Source: TPA_inf: Saccharomyces
Lineage: Eukaryota
DNA: 64,000 bases
Assembly (NCBI GenBank): GCA_000146045.2
Contig: BK006938.2
Span: forward strand, 320,001 to 384,000
Direction of reading: 5' to 3'
The position numbers and the translations under genes were made by a program. The notes under the pieces were generated by a model. That model ran no database searches and was not told the DNA's origin. It worked only from the letters and a program-made list of their open reading frames with translations. Shown here in pieces: positions 13,121-25,664 of the stretch (its first letter is position 1; every line of letters begins with the position of its first letter).

Positions 13121-13810
13121 CTATGATTTACGCAAATGGTAATTAATTAGAGGTATGCATATAGTTTTTATAATTGATTCAATGAATTTTTTGTTATCGT
13201 TTTTAATTTCGAGTAATTTCAGGTAACCAATAAAGGATAAGATCACTTTCCAATCGTTCAAGTTCTGAAAATCATTAGAGCTGGAAGTTAATCCCATTTC
13301 CTTCGGCAAATTGGCAGGTATTCGCAAATGAGCTAATTGGTTAATTTTCAACGAATTCTTGATAAGCCAGCTTATCGAGTCCATGTTCACTACTCGAGCT
13401 CGATCTAAGTTATGAATGTAATTGAAGTTTTTGTTCATTATATTAAACTGATTGAAATTCGTAAATGTTATTGTAAGCATCTTATTAATTTCCAAGTGAA
13501 TGAGCTGTTCACCCAATTTTTGTAAAGTTTCGTTTCTTGTTTCAAATGTATTTCCTGTGCTCAAGTCTCCAGTCATTGGTACTCGTACCAACATATTCCT
13601 GCTTGTGGTATATAGCAGTTTAGTTAGTTCTTTAGTCGGTATGCGTTCCTTTCCTTTATATCCGTCAGGATTAACTTCAAGGACTTCACACAGTTTTTCT
13701 ATCTTACTAATATTCTTTTTCGTCACCGTGTTTATAGTTCTGATGGGAATATACCTGCGAATCCCAGATATTCGAGCAACAGTAGTTGCAAACACTTTTG
13801 TCCTCAACAT
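13121..13810 (-). CDS. CBS1: Mitochondrial translational activator of COB mRNA (229 aa from the second Met; ORF runs to 13822 with a Met 4 codons upstream)
   Basis: 233-aa ORF at the YDL069C position. I recall Cbs1 as 229 aa, which fits the start MLRTKVF.... Identification is mainly by synteny. Confidence 0.7.
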
Positions 13811-14216
13811 GTCGAGATTCATTATCTGATTTATTCTTTTATCCTGCTATAAAGAAACCATAGAAGAATAGAAGCAAAGGGGTAGTACGTGGCACCTCCT
13901 AAAGGTAATATTGTACTATTCCTAGTTCACTCAAGGTCTGCCTGTCTTATTCTCCACATACATTTTCTATAACTCTTTTTTTAAGTTTGTTTTTATTTTA
14001 GTTTGACACTACATAAATATGTAAAACTATTTTTTCAAATTATACAAATAGAAAATTATGATAAAGGTCAAAAAGAAAGAAAAGAATGACTTGTCTGTTT
14101 TCCTTCCCTACAAACTCTTGCAAAAGTAATCAATCGAGGCCAGCACAGAAAAAAAATAAAAGATAAATAAATAGGAATAAGAATATAATGCGAAAAACAA
14201 TAGTGGTCAGGTTCGG

Positions 14217-14396
14217 TCAGTTCTCTTGCTTTTTCCTCTCAGCTAGCTCTGCGTAGAACTTCTCTCTCTTGTTAATCTTATCCATGTGGAATCCCCACCA
14301 CCAGTAAGAGGCCATGACACCCCCGAGGGAGAACCCGAGGACGATGTCCATGATGACTCTTCTCTTGATCGTACCAGTAATTGGAGCAATAGTCAT
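14217..14396 (-). CDS. COX9: Cytochrome c oxidase subunit VIIa (59 aa)
   Basis: The minus-strand translation MTIAPITGTIKRRVIMDIVLGFSLGGVMASYWWWGFHMDKINKREKFYAELAERKKQEN was read directly. It is too short for the supplied ORF track. Start and stop were verified in sequence. Confidence 0.9.
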   Translation of the reverse strand: MTIAPITGTIKRRVIMDIVLGFSLGGVMASYWWWGFHMDKINKREKFYAELAERKKQEN

Positions 14397-14535
14397 GTCT
14401 GTGTAAGTCGCTTGTAGTTAGTAGTTTGCAAATATCTTGCTTGCTCTAATTCTCGGTCCTAATTTTCCCTGAAGATAAGAGTCTCTTTCATCGATTCTTT
14501 TAATACCACAGGAACAAAGCGGGCATCGTGGTAGC

Positions 14536-14548
14536 GGGCCAATCAGGT
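14536..14548 (+). promoter_or_regulatory. CCAAT box (GGCCAATCAGG) in the COX9/IDP1 divergent promoter; candidate Hap2/3/4/5 site
   Basis: CCAATCA is seen at 14539..14545 between two respiratory/mitochondrial genes. The Hap complex consensus is CCAATNA. Confidence 0.45.
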
Positions 14549-14834
14549 TGCAGTAAATGAAGAGATATAGAGGAGGACTCTGCTAAAGACCATAACAAGG
14601 GTCTGCAATGATCTTGGACTAAATAAAGGTGTCTTACAATCCAAAAGAGCTTGAATCATTCCTTTTATGAGCTAAATAGCACCGTTTGCACCTTCTGATA
14701 ACGCTTTACGGGTCACGCGCGGATTTTGACTCACATAATTCCACTTGCCCATATAAAGAGGGACTCATATGATCTTATGAAATCTTCCTTCAAGCAATTG
14801 TGAGACAACAGACGCACAAGGAAGATCGCCCAGC

Positions 14835-16121
14835 ATGAGTATGTTATCTAGAAGATTATTTTCCACCTCTCGCCTTGCTGCTTTCAGTAAGATTAAGGTC
14901 AAACAACCCGTTGTCGAGTTGGACGGTGATGAAATGACCCGTATCATTTGGGATAAGATCAAGAAGAAATTGATTCTACCCTACTTGGACGTAGATTTGA
15001 AGTACTACGACTTATCTGTCGAATCTCGTGACGCCACCTCCGACAAGATTACTCAGGATGCTGCTGAGGCGATCAAGAAGTATGGTGTTGGTATCAAATG
15101 TGCCACCATCACTCCTGATGAAGCTCGTGTGAAGGAATTCAACCTGCACAAGATGTGGAAATCTCCTAATGGTACCATCAGAAACATTCTCGGCGGTACA
15201 GTGTTCAGAGAGCCCATTGTGATTCCTAGAATTCCTAGACTGGTCCCACGTTGGGAAAAACCAATCATTATTGGAAGACACGCCCACGGTGATCAATATA
15301 AAGCTACGGACACACTGATCCCAGGCCCAGGATCTTTGGAACTGGTCTACAAGCCATCCGACCCTACGACTGCTCAACCACAAACTTTGAAAGTGTATGA
15401 CTACAAGGGCAGTGGTGTGGCCATGGCCATGTACAATACTGACGAATCCATCGAAGGGTTTGCTCATTCGTCTTTCAAGCTGGCCATTGACAAAAAGCTA
15501 AATCTTTTCTTGTCAACCAAGAACACTATTTTGAAGAAATATGACGGTCGGTTCAAAGACATTTTCCAAGAAGTTTATGAAGCTCAATATAAATCCAAAT
15601 TCGAACAACTAGGGATCCACTATGAACACCGTTTAATTGATGATATGGTCGCTCAAATGATAAAATCTAAAGGTGGCTTTATCATGGCGCTAAAGAACTA
15701 TGACGGTGATGTCCAATCTGACATCGTCGCTCAAGGATTTGGCTCCTTAGGTTTGATGACTTCTATCTTAGTTACACCAGACGGTAAAACTTTCGAAAGT
15801 GAAGCTGCTCATGGTACCGTGACAAGACATTATAGAAAGTACCAAAAGGGTGAAGAAACTTCTACAAACTCCATTGCATCCATTTTCGCGTGGTCGAGAG
15901 GTCTATTGAAGAGAGGTGAATTGGACAATACTCCTGCTTTGTGTAAATTTGCCAATATTTTGGAATCCGCCACTTTGAACACAGTTCAGCAAGACGGTAT
16001 CATGACGAAGGACTTGGCTTTGGCTTGCGGTAACAACGAAAGATCTGCTTATGTTACCACAGAAGAATTTTTGGATGCCGTTGAAAAAAGACTACAAAAA
16101 GAAATCAAGTCGATCGAGTAA
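14835..16121 (+). CDS. IDP1: Mitochondrial NADP-dependent isocitrate dehydrogenase (428 aa)
   Basis: 428-aa ORF with an N-terminal presequence ([17 protein letters not shown]) followed by a clear isocitrate/isopropylmalate dehydrogenase family sequence. Synteny YDL066W. Confidence 0.95.
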   Translation: MSMLSRRLFSTSRLAAFSKIKVKQPVVELDGDEMTRIIWDKIKKKLILPYLDVDLKYYDLSVESRDATSDKITQDAAEAIKKYGVGIKCATITPDEARVKEFNLHKMWKSPNGTIRNILGGTVFREPIVIPRIPRLVPRWEKPIIIGRHAHGDQYKATDTLIPGPGSLELVYKPSDPTTAQPQTLKVYDYKGSGVAMAMYNTDESIEGFAHSSFKLAIDKKLNLFLSTKNTILKKYDGRFKDIFQEVYEAQYKSKFEQLGIHYEHRLIDDMVAQMIKSKGGFIMALKNYDGDVQSDIVAQGFGSLGLMTSILVTPDGKTFESEAAHGTVTRHYRKYQKGEETSTNSIASIFAWSRGLLKRGELDNTPALCKFANILESATLNTVQQDGIMTKDLALACGNNERSAYVTTEEFLDAVEKRLQKEIKSIE

Positions 16122-16248
16122 TCGAATTTACGTAGCCCAATCTACCACTTTTTTTTTTCATTTTTTAAAGTGTTATACTTAGTTATGCTCTAGGATAATG
16201 AACTACTTTTTTTTTTTTTTTTTTACTGTTATCATAAATATATATACC

Positions 16249-17277
16249 TTATTGTTGTTTGCAACCGTCGGTTAATTCCTTATCAAGGTTCCCCAAGTTC
16301 GGATCATTACCATCAATTTCCAACATTTTCATGAGTTCTTCTTCTTCATTACCGTGTTTTAGGGGGCTGTTCGCACTTCTAATAGGGCTATCACCAAGCT
16401 GTTCTAATTCGTCCAAAAGTTCAGTAACACGATCTTTATGCTTTAGCTCGTCATAATCTTTCAATTCATAAATATTTACAATTTCGTCTACGATATTAAA
16501 TTGCCTCTTGTAGGTGCCTATCTTTTCCTTATGCTCTTCATTTTCACCGTTTTCTTGAAACCAAACACCGAACTCACTACGCATTTCTTTCATAGGCTCA
16601 TATAATACTTCTTTTGACGTCATTTGATCAAGTATTTTTGTTATTGCGTCGTCCATCTCCCCATCTTTTAGATCAAATTGATTTTCTGCACTTTCTTTTC
16701 CACCAGATGCTACCATTTGATCTAATAATTGTGACAATATATCATCAATATTATTATTTTGGCCACTGCGTTGAGATTCCTTGGTTTCTTCGGCTAGGGA
16801 TGTATCAACTTTATTACCATTTTCCTTTAACCTGTCTAGCGTATTGGAAACAATGTTTTTAAATCCCGGATTGCTACCATTCACGGTCCCTTTATCAGTG
16901 CTGTTACTTTTCAAACTACTACATCCTTGCTCCATCTGTTGATGAGGTACTTTAGCTGCCTCTTCTAGAGCACTAATCAGTTTATTAAAATCTTCTGTCT
17001 TCACATTATTCTCGTTACCGTTATTTTTCATCAAATTTGCGAACTCATTTTGCAAATCTACCATCATTTCTTTCAATTCTGGGTCCTCTTCAGATTCATT
17101 AGCTACCTGTACGCCATCACTGTCCTTACTTTCGGCATTCTTCTCTTTGTTTTCACTATCGTTGTACACAGAACCCTTCGCTTGCACATCATCGGGCTCT
17201 GCTTCATCCAGTTTAGTGGGATCTTCATCTAAAAGGTCATCCAAATCATCAAAATTATCGTACTCGTTTTCATTCAT
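16249..17277 (-). CDS. PEX19: Peroxisomal membrane protein import receptor/chaperone with C-terminal CaaX box CKQQ (342 aa from MNENEYDNF; ORF extends to 17301)
   Basis: Acidic protein ending in the farnesylation motif CKQQ. I recall Pex19 as 342 aa starting MNENEYDNFDDLDDLLDED. Synteny YDL065C. Confidence 0.85.
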   Translation of the reverse strand: MNENEYDNFDDLDDLLDEDPTKLDEAEPDDVQAKGSVYNDSENKEKNAESKDSDGVQVANESEEDPELKEMMVDLQNEFANLMKNNGNENNVKTEDFNKLISALEEAAKVPHQQMEQGCSSLKSNSTDKGTVNGSNPGFKNIVSNTLDRLKENGNKVDTSLAEETKESQRSGQNNNIDDILSQLLDQMVASGGKESAENQFDLKDGEMDDAITKILDQMTSKEVLYEPMKEMRSEFGVWFQENGENEEHKEKIGTYKRQFNIVDEIVNIYELKDYDELKHKDRVTELLDELEQLGDSPIRSANSPLKHGNEEEELMKMLEIDGNDPNLGNLDKELTDGCKQQ

Positions 17278-17486
17278 TACTTCGTGTTGTATGTTTGGCA
17301 TTTCTTCTTTCCGTCAATACTTCGGTTCCCACAATTTGTAATTCTTTCTTCACTTTATATCTCTCAGAAACCGCGTTTAACATCTGGAAATTAAAAATTA
17401 TTCCTGTCTCCATAACAAACATTTAAAAAAAGAAGAGAAATTTAGCATAGGATAAGCACACACTGGCACCATTTTTTGGAAGCAAT

Positions 17487-18070
17487 ATGAGTAGTTTGTG
17501 TCTACAGCGTCTTCAGGAAGAAAGGTAAGTAGTAGTTTTCCTCCTTTTATGCTTACATTCTGTAGGCATACACAATTTCATCCAGCGGTATACTAACAAA
17601 TCGATGAACTTAACTTGTTTTACTTGAATAACAGAAAAAAATGGAGAAAGGATCATCCATTTGGATTTTATGCCAAACCAGTTAAGAAAGCTGATGGGTC
17701 CATGGATTTACAGAAATGGGAAGCTGGTATCCCAGGCAAAGAAGGTACAAACTGGGCGGGTGGTGTGTACCCAATTACAGTCGAATATCCAAATGAATAT
17801 CCTTCAAAACCTCCAAAGGTTAAATTTCCAGCCGGATTTTATCATCCAAACGTGTATCCAAGTGGCACAATATGTTTAAGTATTTTAAATGAAGATCAAG
17901 ATTGGAGACCCGCCATCACGTTAAAACAAATTGTTCTTGGGGTTCAGGATCTTTTAGACTCTCCAAATCCAAATTCCCCTGCTCAAGAGCCTGCATGGAG
18001 ATCATTTTCAAGAAATAAGGCGGAATATGACAAGAAAGTTTTGCTTCAAGCTAAACAGTACTCTAAATAG
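17487..18070 (+). CDS. UBC9: SUMO-conjugating enzyme E2, two exons 17487..17524 and 17635..18070 (157 aa)
   Basis: Exon 1 ATGAGTAGTTTGTGTCTACAGCGTCTTCAGGAAGAAAG encodes [13 protein letters not shown], and exon 2 continues [15 protein letters not shown]...[15 protein letters not shown] (UBC fold with the catalytic Cys). The frame was verified across the junction. Confidence 0.93.
17525..17634 (+). other. Spliceosomal intron of UBC9 (110 nt): 5'SS GTAAGT, branchpoint TACTAAC at 17591..17597, 3'SS CAG at 17632..17634
   Basis: Signals are seen in sequence. The 5'SS is GTAAGT rather than the predominant yeast GTATGT. Confidence 0.88.
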
Positions 18071-18271
18071 AGGGAATCCATCTTTCCCATTCTTCCTCCT
18101 TTTGTACTTTATTTAACTAATGTCGTTGTGTAACAAAAATAGAGCAAAATAACATTATTTACAAATTCTCAAAAATAATTTTTTGCTCTTTGTTTCTTAT
18201 GCTAAGTAAATAGAAAGATATTTTTTGTACCATTTTCTATAAGTATGGCAACTATATACACTTTAATAAAT

Positions 18272-20134
18272 CTATTGGTTAGTAGAATTTTCATTCATTT
18301 TGTAGTGAATGAAACTATCCAACGTAGTAAAGCAATCATGGCATCTTTCTTTTAGTTCGGGATTTTTGTTTTTATCAACCATTTTGAATTGCTGCCTCAA
18401 ATTTGGTACAACTTGGTCTTTTAGAATAGATAAAAATCCACCCCTTACAAATATTGGTTCATTATAGTCGTAAGAGGCATCCCCGTAAATTTGGAAAAGC
18501 GAATTTGTCATTTCTATCAAAATTTCAGGGCGAACATTCAACTGTGTTAAAGTTTGTATGAAGAACTGCCCAATCTCCTTATTTGCATCAATTTGTCCCT
18601 GAATCATAGCATATGTGCTTAGTACATTAATACATTTTTGTTGTAACTCAAGGTCATTATTATTTTGGAACTCTTCAATAATTCCCCTAGCGAATCCTGA
18701 ATTGTTCAGCATTTGGACATTGATCAATGCTCGATTCTCACTTTCAAACGCTCCATCAGGAAAGATGAGTTTCAGAAGCGCCCAAATACAGCCCATTCTT
18801 CCTATTTTAATACTCAAATCATCTTGGCTGTCCAACTGTGTAACATAACTCCATAAGGTGGTTAACAACTCTCCAGAGAGCTCTGTTAGAGATAGAGACA
18901 CAAAGAGCCAGATCAGATTGTTCCATCCGATCAATATTCGCGAGGTGAAGGTATCTTTCAAAATCATGAAAACGTGAGGTAAGAAATTTGTTAAGGTATT
19001 GATTAGCTCCTCTGGAATTGCTACTTCCTGTGATTCTGGTGATTCATATTTGGATGCAACTATCTCAATGATTGCGGTGATAAGATCAATTGCTATTTCA
19101 ATGCTTTGCAATTTTATCATGGATTCGTTACGTTTCGCATTGTAATCCTTGATCTTAGTTATAACCTTACTGCTTTCATCTTTACTAGTAGCAGGTCCAA
19201 TTTCTACAGGGTTATTAATGTCATTAACTAACTGTACTGGATCAATGTTATTAATGGAATGACATACAGAGTGGATCATTTTGTTACATTGATCATAAGT
19301 TATTTTCATGTCAAGGAATTGGCAATGGATACCTTCAATTAGAACTTTTGTTAATTCATTAGCTTGTGGATGTAAAGCCGGAGATAGCCCATTTAAGAAC
19401 TGTGATAGAAGTTCATTGTTGGAAACATGATCAATAAATTCAAATGATTCGGAACTCAAATCATAAATGAGATCAAGAGTGGTATTGAACAGATTAATTG
19501 GCAGTTTCTCGACACCATATTTTAATAGCTGTGAAATGACCTGAAAAATTTCATTTATTTTACTTTCCGTTAATATCTCATTAAGAATATCGTCGGATCC
19601 ATTAGACAGAGCCACCACTAACGACAGTAAGTTATCGGCAAAATCGAATAACAACCTTTTAGATTCTATTTTGGATTTTCCTGCAGGTTTTAGCTGCGGT
19701 TGCTGTTCTGCTGCTTGCAAAGCGGATAACGATTCAACAATCCTGCCAAAATTACTTGTTATACTTGTCCATATATCAGATCTCCAAAGGTAGATTGACA
19801 CATCATAACCTTCTTCCAAAGACAAGTTCCTTAATAAGCCGAACGACTCCACAACTATGTCCGAATTAGAATCGTTCAGCAATTTATTCAAAATGATAGG
19901 AACTAATTTCTCTTTCAGTAAAAGTTGTCTCATATGTGCATCCTCACAAAGAACACTGATGGAACTCAAAGCAATACTTCTATCATTAGGCACCACACTT
20001 GACAAATTCTGCAATAGCGGCTGGAGTTTTTTATTAACGACGTTGGTATCTTTATTATTGTCATTTGACCCAGCTTTGCGTAGTGGATTTAATCGAGACG
20101 AAGATGCTCTTGATCTTTTCTTTGATCTGCCCAT
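18272..20134 (-). CDS. SYO1: Import adaptor/chaperone for ribosomal proteins Rpl5 and Rpl11; ARM/HEAT-repeat protein (620 aa from MGRSKKRSR; ORF extends 46 codons further to 20272)
   Basis: The 666-aa ORF has an internal Met immediately followed by a basic NLS-like stretch ([20 protein letters not shown]). I recall Syo1 as 620 aa. The cat at 20132..20134 was verified. Synteny YDL063C. Confidence 0.85.
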
Positions 20135-20285
20135 TCTTTTCTGCCCTAAAAAGTCGATTTCTGCGTCCTTGTACAAACTCGAAAATCTGATCGAAAGTAC
20201 TTGGAATCCAGTAAGAATAATGGGGGCGTTGCTACGAAGATTTAATTTTACAATACATAGACCTTTAAACAATGGTAGATAAATG

Positions 20286-20320
20286 GATGAGATGAGATGA
20301 GATGAGATGAGATGAGATGA
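20286..20320. repeat. Pentanucleotide microsatellite (GATGA)7
   Basis: Seven direct copies of GATGA, read directly, lie about 150 bp upstream of the SYO1 ATG. Confidence 0.95.
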
Positions 20321-20329
20321 AAAATTTTC
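20318..20329. promoter_or_regulatory. RRPE-like element TGAAAAATTTTC abutting the (GATGA)n tract in the SYO1 promoter
   Basis: Matches the ribosome-biogenesis RRPE consensus (TGAAAAATTTT) and is seen in sequence. Confidence 0.5.
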
Positions 20330-20627
20330 TGAATAAGAGAACTACTCGTTCTAAATGATTATTGTACATTTTGCATAGAAAAATGGCAATAAACAGGGCA
20401 GTACTATTTCATCATCATCACTAAACATTAGTTGGCAAACTTATTAAGCCAACAGTACTTGTGACTAGAATTTTTTATTATATCGCCAATATTTAATGAT
20501 AAACATAATATAGTAATACCAAAAATAATTATGATAACTTATACAAAAGAAGTGGAAAGAAAAGGAAAGAAGTAATCAAAGTAACTCAAAAAAGGTTAAT
20601 GATTACGATGTTACAATCGCTCTTGAC

Positions 20628-20798
20628 TTATCTGTACTTGTGGAAACCAATGTCGTTAGCCTTTTCTCTGAAACATTGACGACAGATGTTTAAGTCGTAC
20701 TTTCTGACCAAACCAGTGTGGGAGGAGCAGACACGACATTGACGGGAACCTTTACCGAATCTTCTTGGGTGGGAGAACCAAACGTTTTCGTGAGCCAT
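20628..20798 (-). CDS. RPS29B: Ribosomal protein S29 (uS14), 56 aa
   Basis: The minus-strand translation [56 protein letters not shown] was read directly. It is too short for the ORF track. Start and stop were verified. Confidence 0.9.
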   Translation of the reverse strand: MAHENVWFSHPRRFGKGSRQCRVCSSHTGLVRKYDLNICRQCFREKANDIGFHKYR

Positions 20799-21487
20799 TT
20801 TGTATATATTCTATAACCAATAAGTTTTCAAAATTGAATAGAAAAATGTTAGTATTATAATTTTTGCAGTTTTTATGTTTTCCAGGAGTTCCATGGACGT
20901 GTACAATAGAATTTTTCGACTATCGAAGTTAAAAGGAAATAAATATAAGCTTATGCTATGGCTCATTGTATTTGACATAATTTGAAGCTTTGTTGATGTT
21001 TGATGCTTGTTGCTACATTCAATAAACACATCGTCTTATTCCACCATGGGGCCACCAGAAAGGCTCCCCCCTACTGCTAGCCACAGATATTTTCCTCGAA
21101 TTTTCAATTCTTTTAGTTGTAAATTTTAGTTACAAATCCAAATCAGCGCAGATACTTTCCTGCTGTTCCTTCATTCTGCATACACGTCCCTTGTCTCTTC
21201 AATCCGCGTTTCCACATACATTTAGCTATAGTTTCTTTCAAAGAATTTCTCAAACTACTAATCCCAATACCTAATAACCACTTCTTGTACTGACGGTTAT
21301 ACCTTTAAGACTTGACGCTTTCCCAGGCAAAATGTAACATTTTCCACCGCGCTGTTCGTACAACGCGAGAAGATCTTTATAAAGAGTACCCAGATGTTCC
21401 CCCCAAGTGAAATAAATAGGCCTACTTAGGACTGGGTGTTAAAATGTACGGATGGAAAAGTAGACTCGATATTCAATTACAGCTAAG

Positions 21488-21515
21488 AAAAATTTTCAGT
21501 TCTGCTCATCTCATC
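21488..21515 (+). promoter_or_regulatory. RRPE (GAAAAATTTTC, 21488..21497) plus PAC-like element (GCTCATCTCATC, 21504..21515) about 110-130 bp upstream of the TSR1 ATG
   Basis: Motifs seen in sequence. TSR1 is a 40S biogenesis factor, and Ribi-regulon promoters typically pair RRPE with PAC (GCGATGAG / CTCATCGC). Confidence 0.5.
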
Positions 21516-21600
21516 ACCAGTAAAAAAATGTGTGAGTTAGAAGTTGATATGAGTTGTGATATTAATCGCAGAAATTTATTTGTTAGTTGAAGAGCGGTAG

Positions 21601-23985
<2,385 letters not shown>

Positions 23986-24236
23986 AGTGATAAAAATATA
24001 CACGTATATATATATATATATATATATATAAGTACGTGAGATCTATTTGTATAATATAATGCTAATAAAATAGTATCAACGATACTGTTGATAAAGGTAA
24101 GTCGATACCTGTTCCGTTCGCATCAAATACAAATGCCACTTATTTTGTAGAGGTATTAATGCATTATGTGAAAATTATGACTTTTTATCAAGCAAAATAA
24201 ATTTGCTACTTGTGCCCTTTTTCTTTCTTTTTTTTT

Positions 24237-24953
24237 TTATTTGATATGCGTGCCTTTAGCATCCTCCAATTTGATAAAAGTCGGCTTGCTATTAGTCGCT
24301 GACAATAAGTTGTAATTGGTGTTAGCTTCATTTTTAATTTTTTTTGAGCCATACAAGCCATCGACATAGTAATTATTTGTAATCTTAGTCTCATAATCGA
24401 GTATGATTTTTTCAAAGCTCAATAACGCCTTCTTTAACGCATCGCCTACAGCCTCTTTTTTCGACCTGTTATAACATTCACCTCTCGAGGACAAAGTAAT
24501 TCTACCTAGCCCACCACACTGTGTGTTGGTGCCATCCTTTAAGGTAACCTTTACTTGGGCTTCTGCCACAACTGTATACTTGACCTCACTAGTGTTGGTG
24601 TTTTCTCCATTATTTACTGCGGTGAAGGGCTGGCACTCCCGGGCCTCAACATCTATAACATCCATTCGCCAACCATCATACCCGAATGTTTCATTAGCGA
24701 ACTGAATGAGAGCATGCCCTGGTATCAGCTTAGATAAGTTGTGCTTCCCATATTTATTATTGTGGTAAATATTGTACGTGTACCTTTCGATCTTGGACTG
24801 TAGAAGCCCAATCCTCTGCACCGACCAAGCGCTGGCAGGTCTTCCATTCCAATCTTCGATGATTTGGAACTCTTTTATATCCAAGCCCGGTGCTGTGCCG
24901 TATGTAGTCGAATCATACGATATGCTCGAACTGGGCTTCGCTTGTATCGTCAT
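24237..24953 (-). CDS. RAD59: Rad52-paralog single-strand annealing recombination protein (238 aa)
   Basis: 238-aa ORF at the YDL059C position. Named from size and synteny; the Rad52 N-terminal domain was not verified residue by residue. Confidence 0.85.
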   Translation of the reverse strand: MTIQAKPSSSISYDSTTYGTAPGLDIKEFQIIEDWNGRPASAWSVQRIGLLQSKIERYTYNIYHNNKYGKHNLSKLIPGHALIQFANETFGYDGWRMDVIDVEARECQPFTAVNNGENTNTSEVKYTVVAEAQVKVTLKDGTNTQCGGLGRITLSSRGECYNRSKKEAVGDALKKALLSFEKIILDYETKITNNYYVDGLYGSKKIKNEANTNYNLLSATNSKPTFIKLEDAKGTHIK

Positions 24954-25664
24954 TATTTTGTCTGTTTATCCTGAAATATGCTCTTCTCCTCTACGTAACC
25001 CTTTAATGGTCCAAAGCATGTGCTAAACTGCCACAGACTCCCTCAATGATGTTCTTATCCTTCCTTGCCGTTACTGCTTCCTATCATATCTGCCCTTGCC
25101 AAACTGTGGCTTCCTCTAATCAATTTGCCCCAGTACATTGAAAAGCACGTGACGTGACACCAACTTGAAAGACATTAGTGTCCAACGCGATATAATGGTC
25201 AATAAAATACCCAATTTTATCAAGTGAACATGATATTATTCAATACTATAGTACTTTAAAGAAAACTTCAACAAGTTGCTTCATTGCTATATTATACAAT
25301 TATGGGTGATGCCGGTCGGCTAACCTTTCTTTCGCAGCGCCACATACAAGAACATATGGTAATTACTAAGAACTTTTTGGAAACTATTTCCATGAAGAAA
25401 ACAAAATTTACTGGCTTCTGTCTTCGAAGTAAATTTAGCGAACTTGATACTTTCGTTTGGACAGTCGTTTAGATTTGCAACTGTCTGTTCTTATTTCTTG
25501 CTATTATTACCAGAAATAAAGCCTAAAGCGCGTGGTTCTTACGAAAAAAATAGACCTTGCACATTAACAGGGTTTAGACATCACAGAGACTGAATACTGG
25601 AGAGAAGACAATTCTTGTTCACGACTTCGAGTGATTAATATCTATAACAACCCTCCTATCAAGA

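Noticed and set aside
19857-20282. 141-aa plus-strand ORF overlapping the SYO1 5' region (position of dubious YDL062W). Similar overlapping ORFs at 10666-11151 (minus, over the BDF2 start; YDL071C-like), 13500-13829 (plus, over CBS1; YDL068W-like), 44068-44424 (minus, inside LHP1; YDL050C-like) and 58102-58455 (plus, over SIR2; YDL041W-like)
   Set aside because: Each lies fully or largely inside a well-supported gene on the opposite strand and has no recognisable domain. These are classic dubious ORFs, not reported as CDS.
20869-20879. Perfect ARS consensus match TTTTATGTTTT between RPS29B and TSR1 (other near-matches exist elsewhere in AT-rich spacers)
   Set aside because: 11-bp ACS matches occur by chance many times in 64 kb of AT-rich yeast DNA. 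Without B-elements or replication data I cannot support an ARS call.
25141-25160. Centromere CDEI-like CACGTG
   Set aside because: No AT-rich CDEII of about 80 bp and no CDEIII (TGTTTNTGNTTTCCGAAA) follows, and CEN4 lies elsewhere on the chromosome. I interpret it as a promoter E-box instead.
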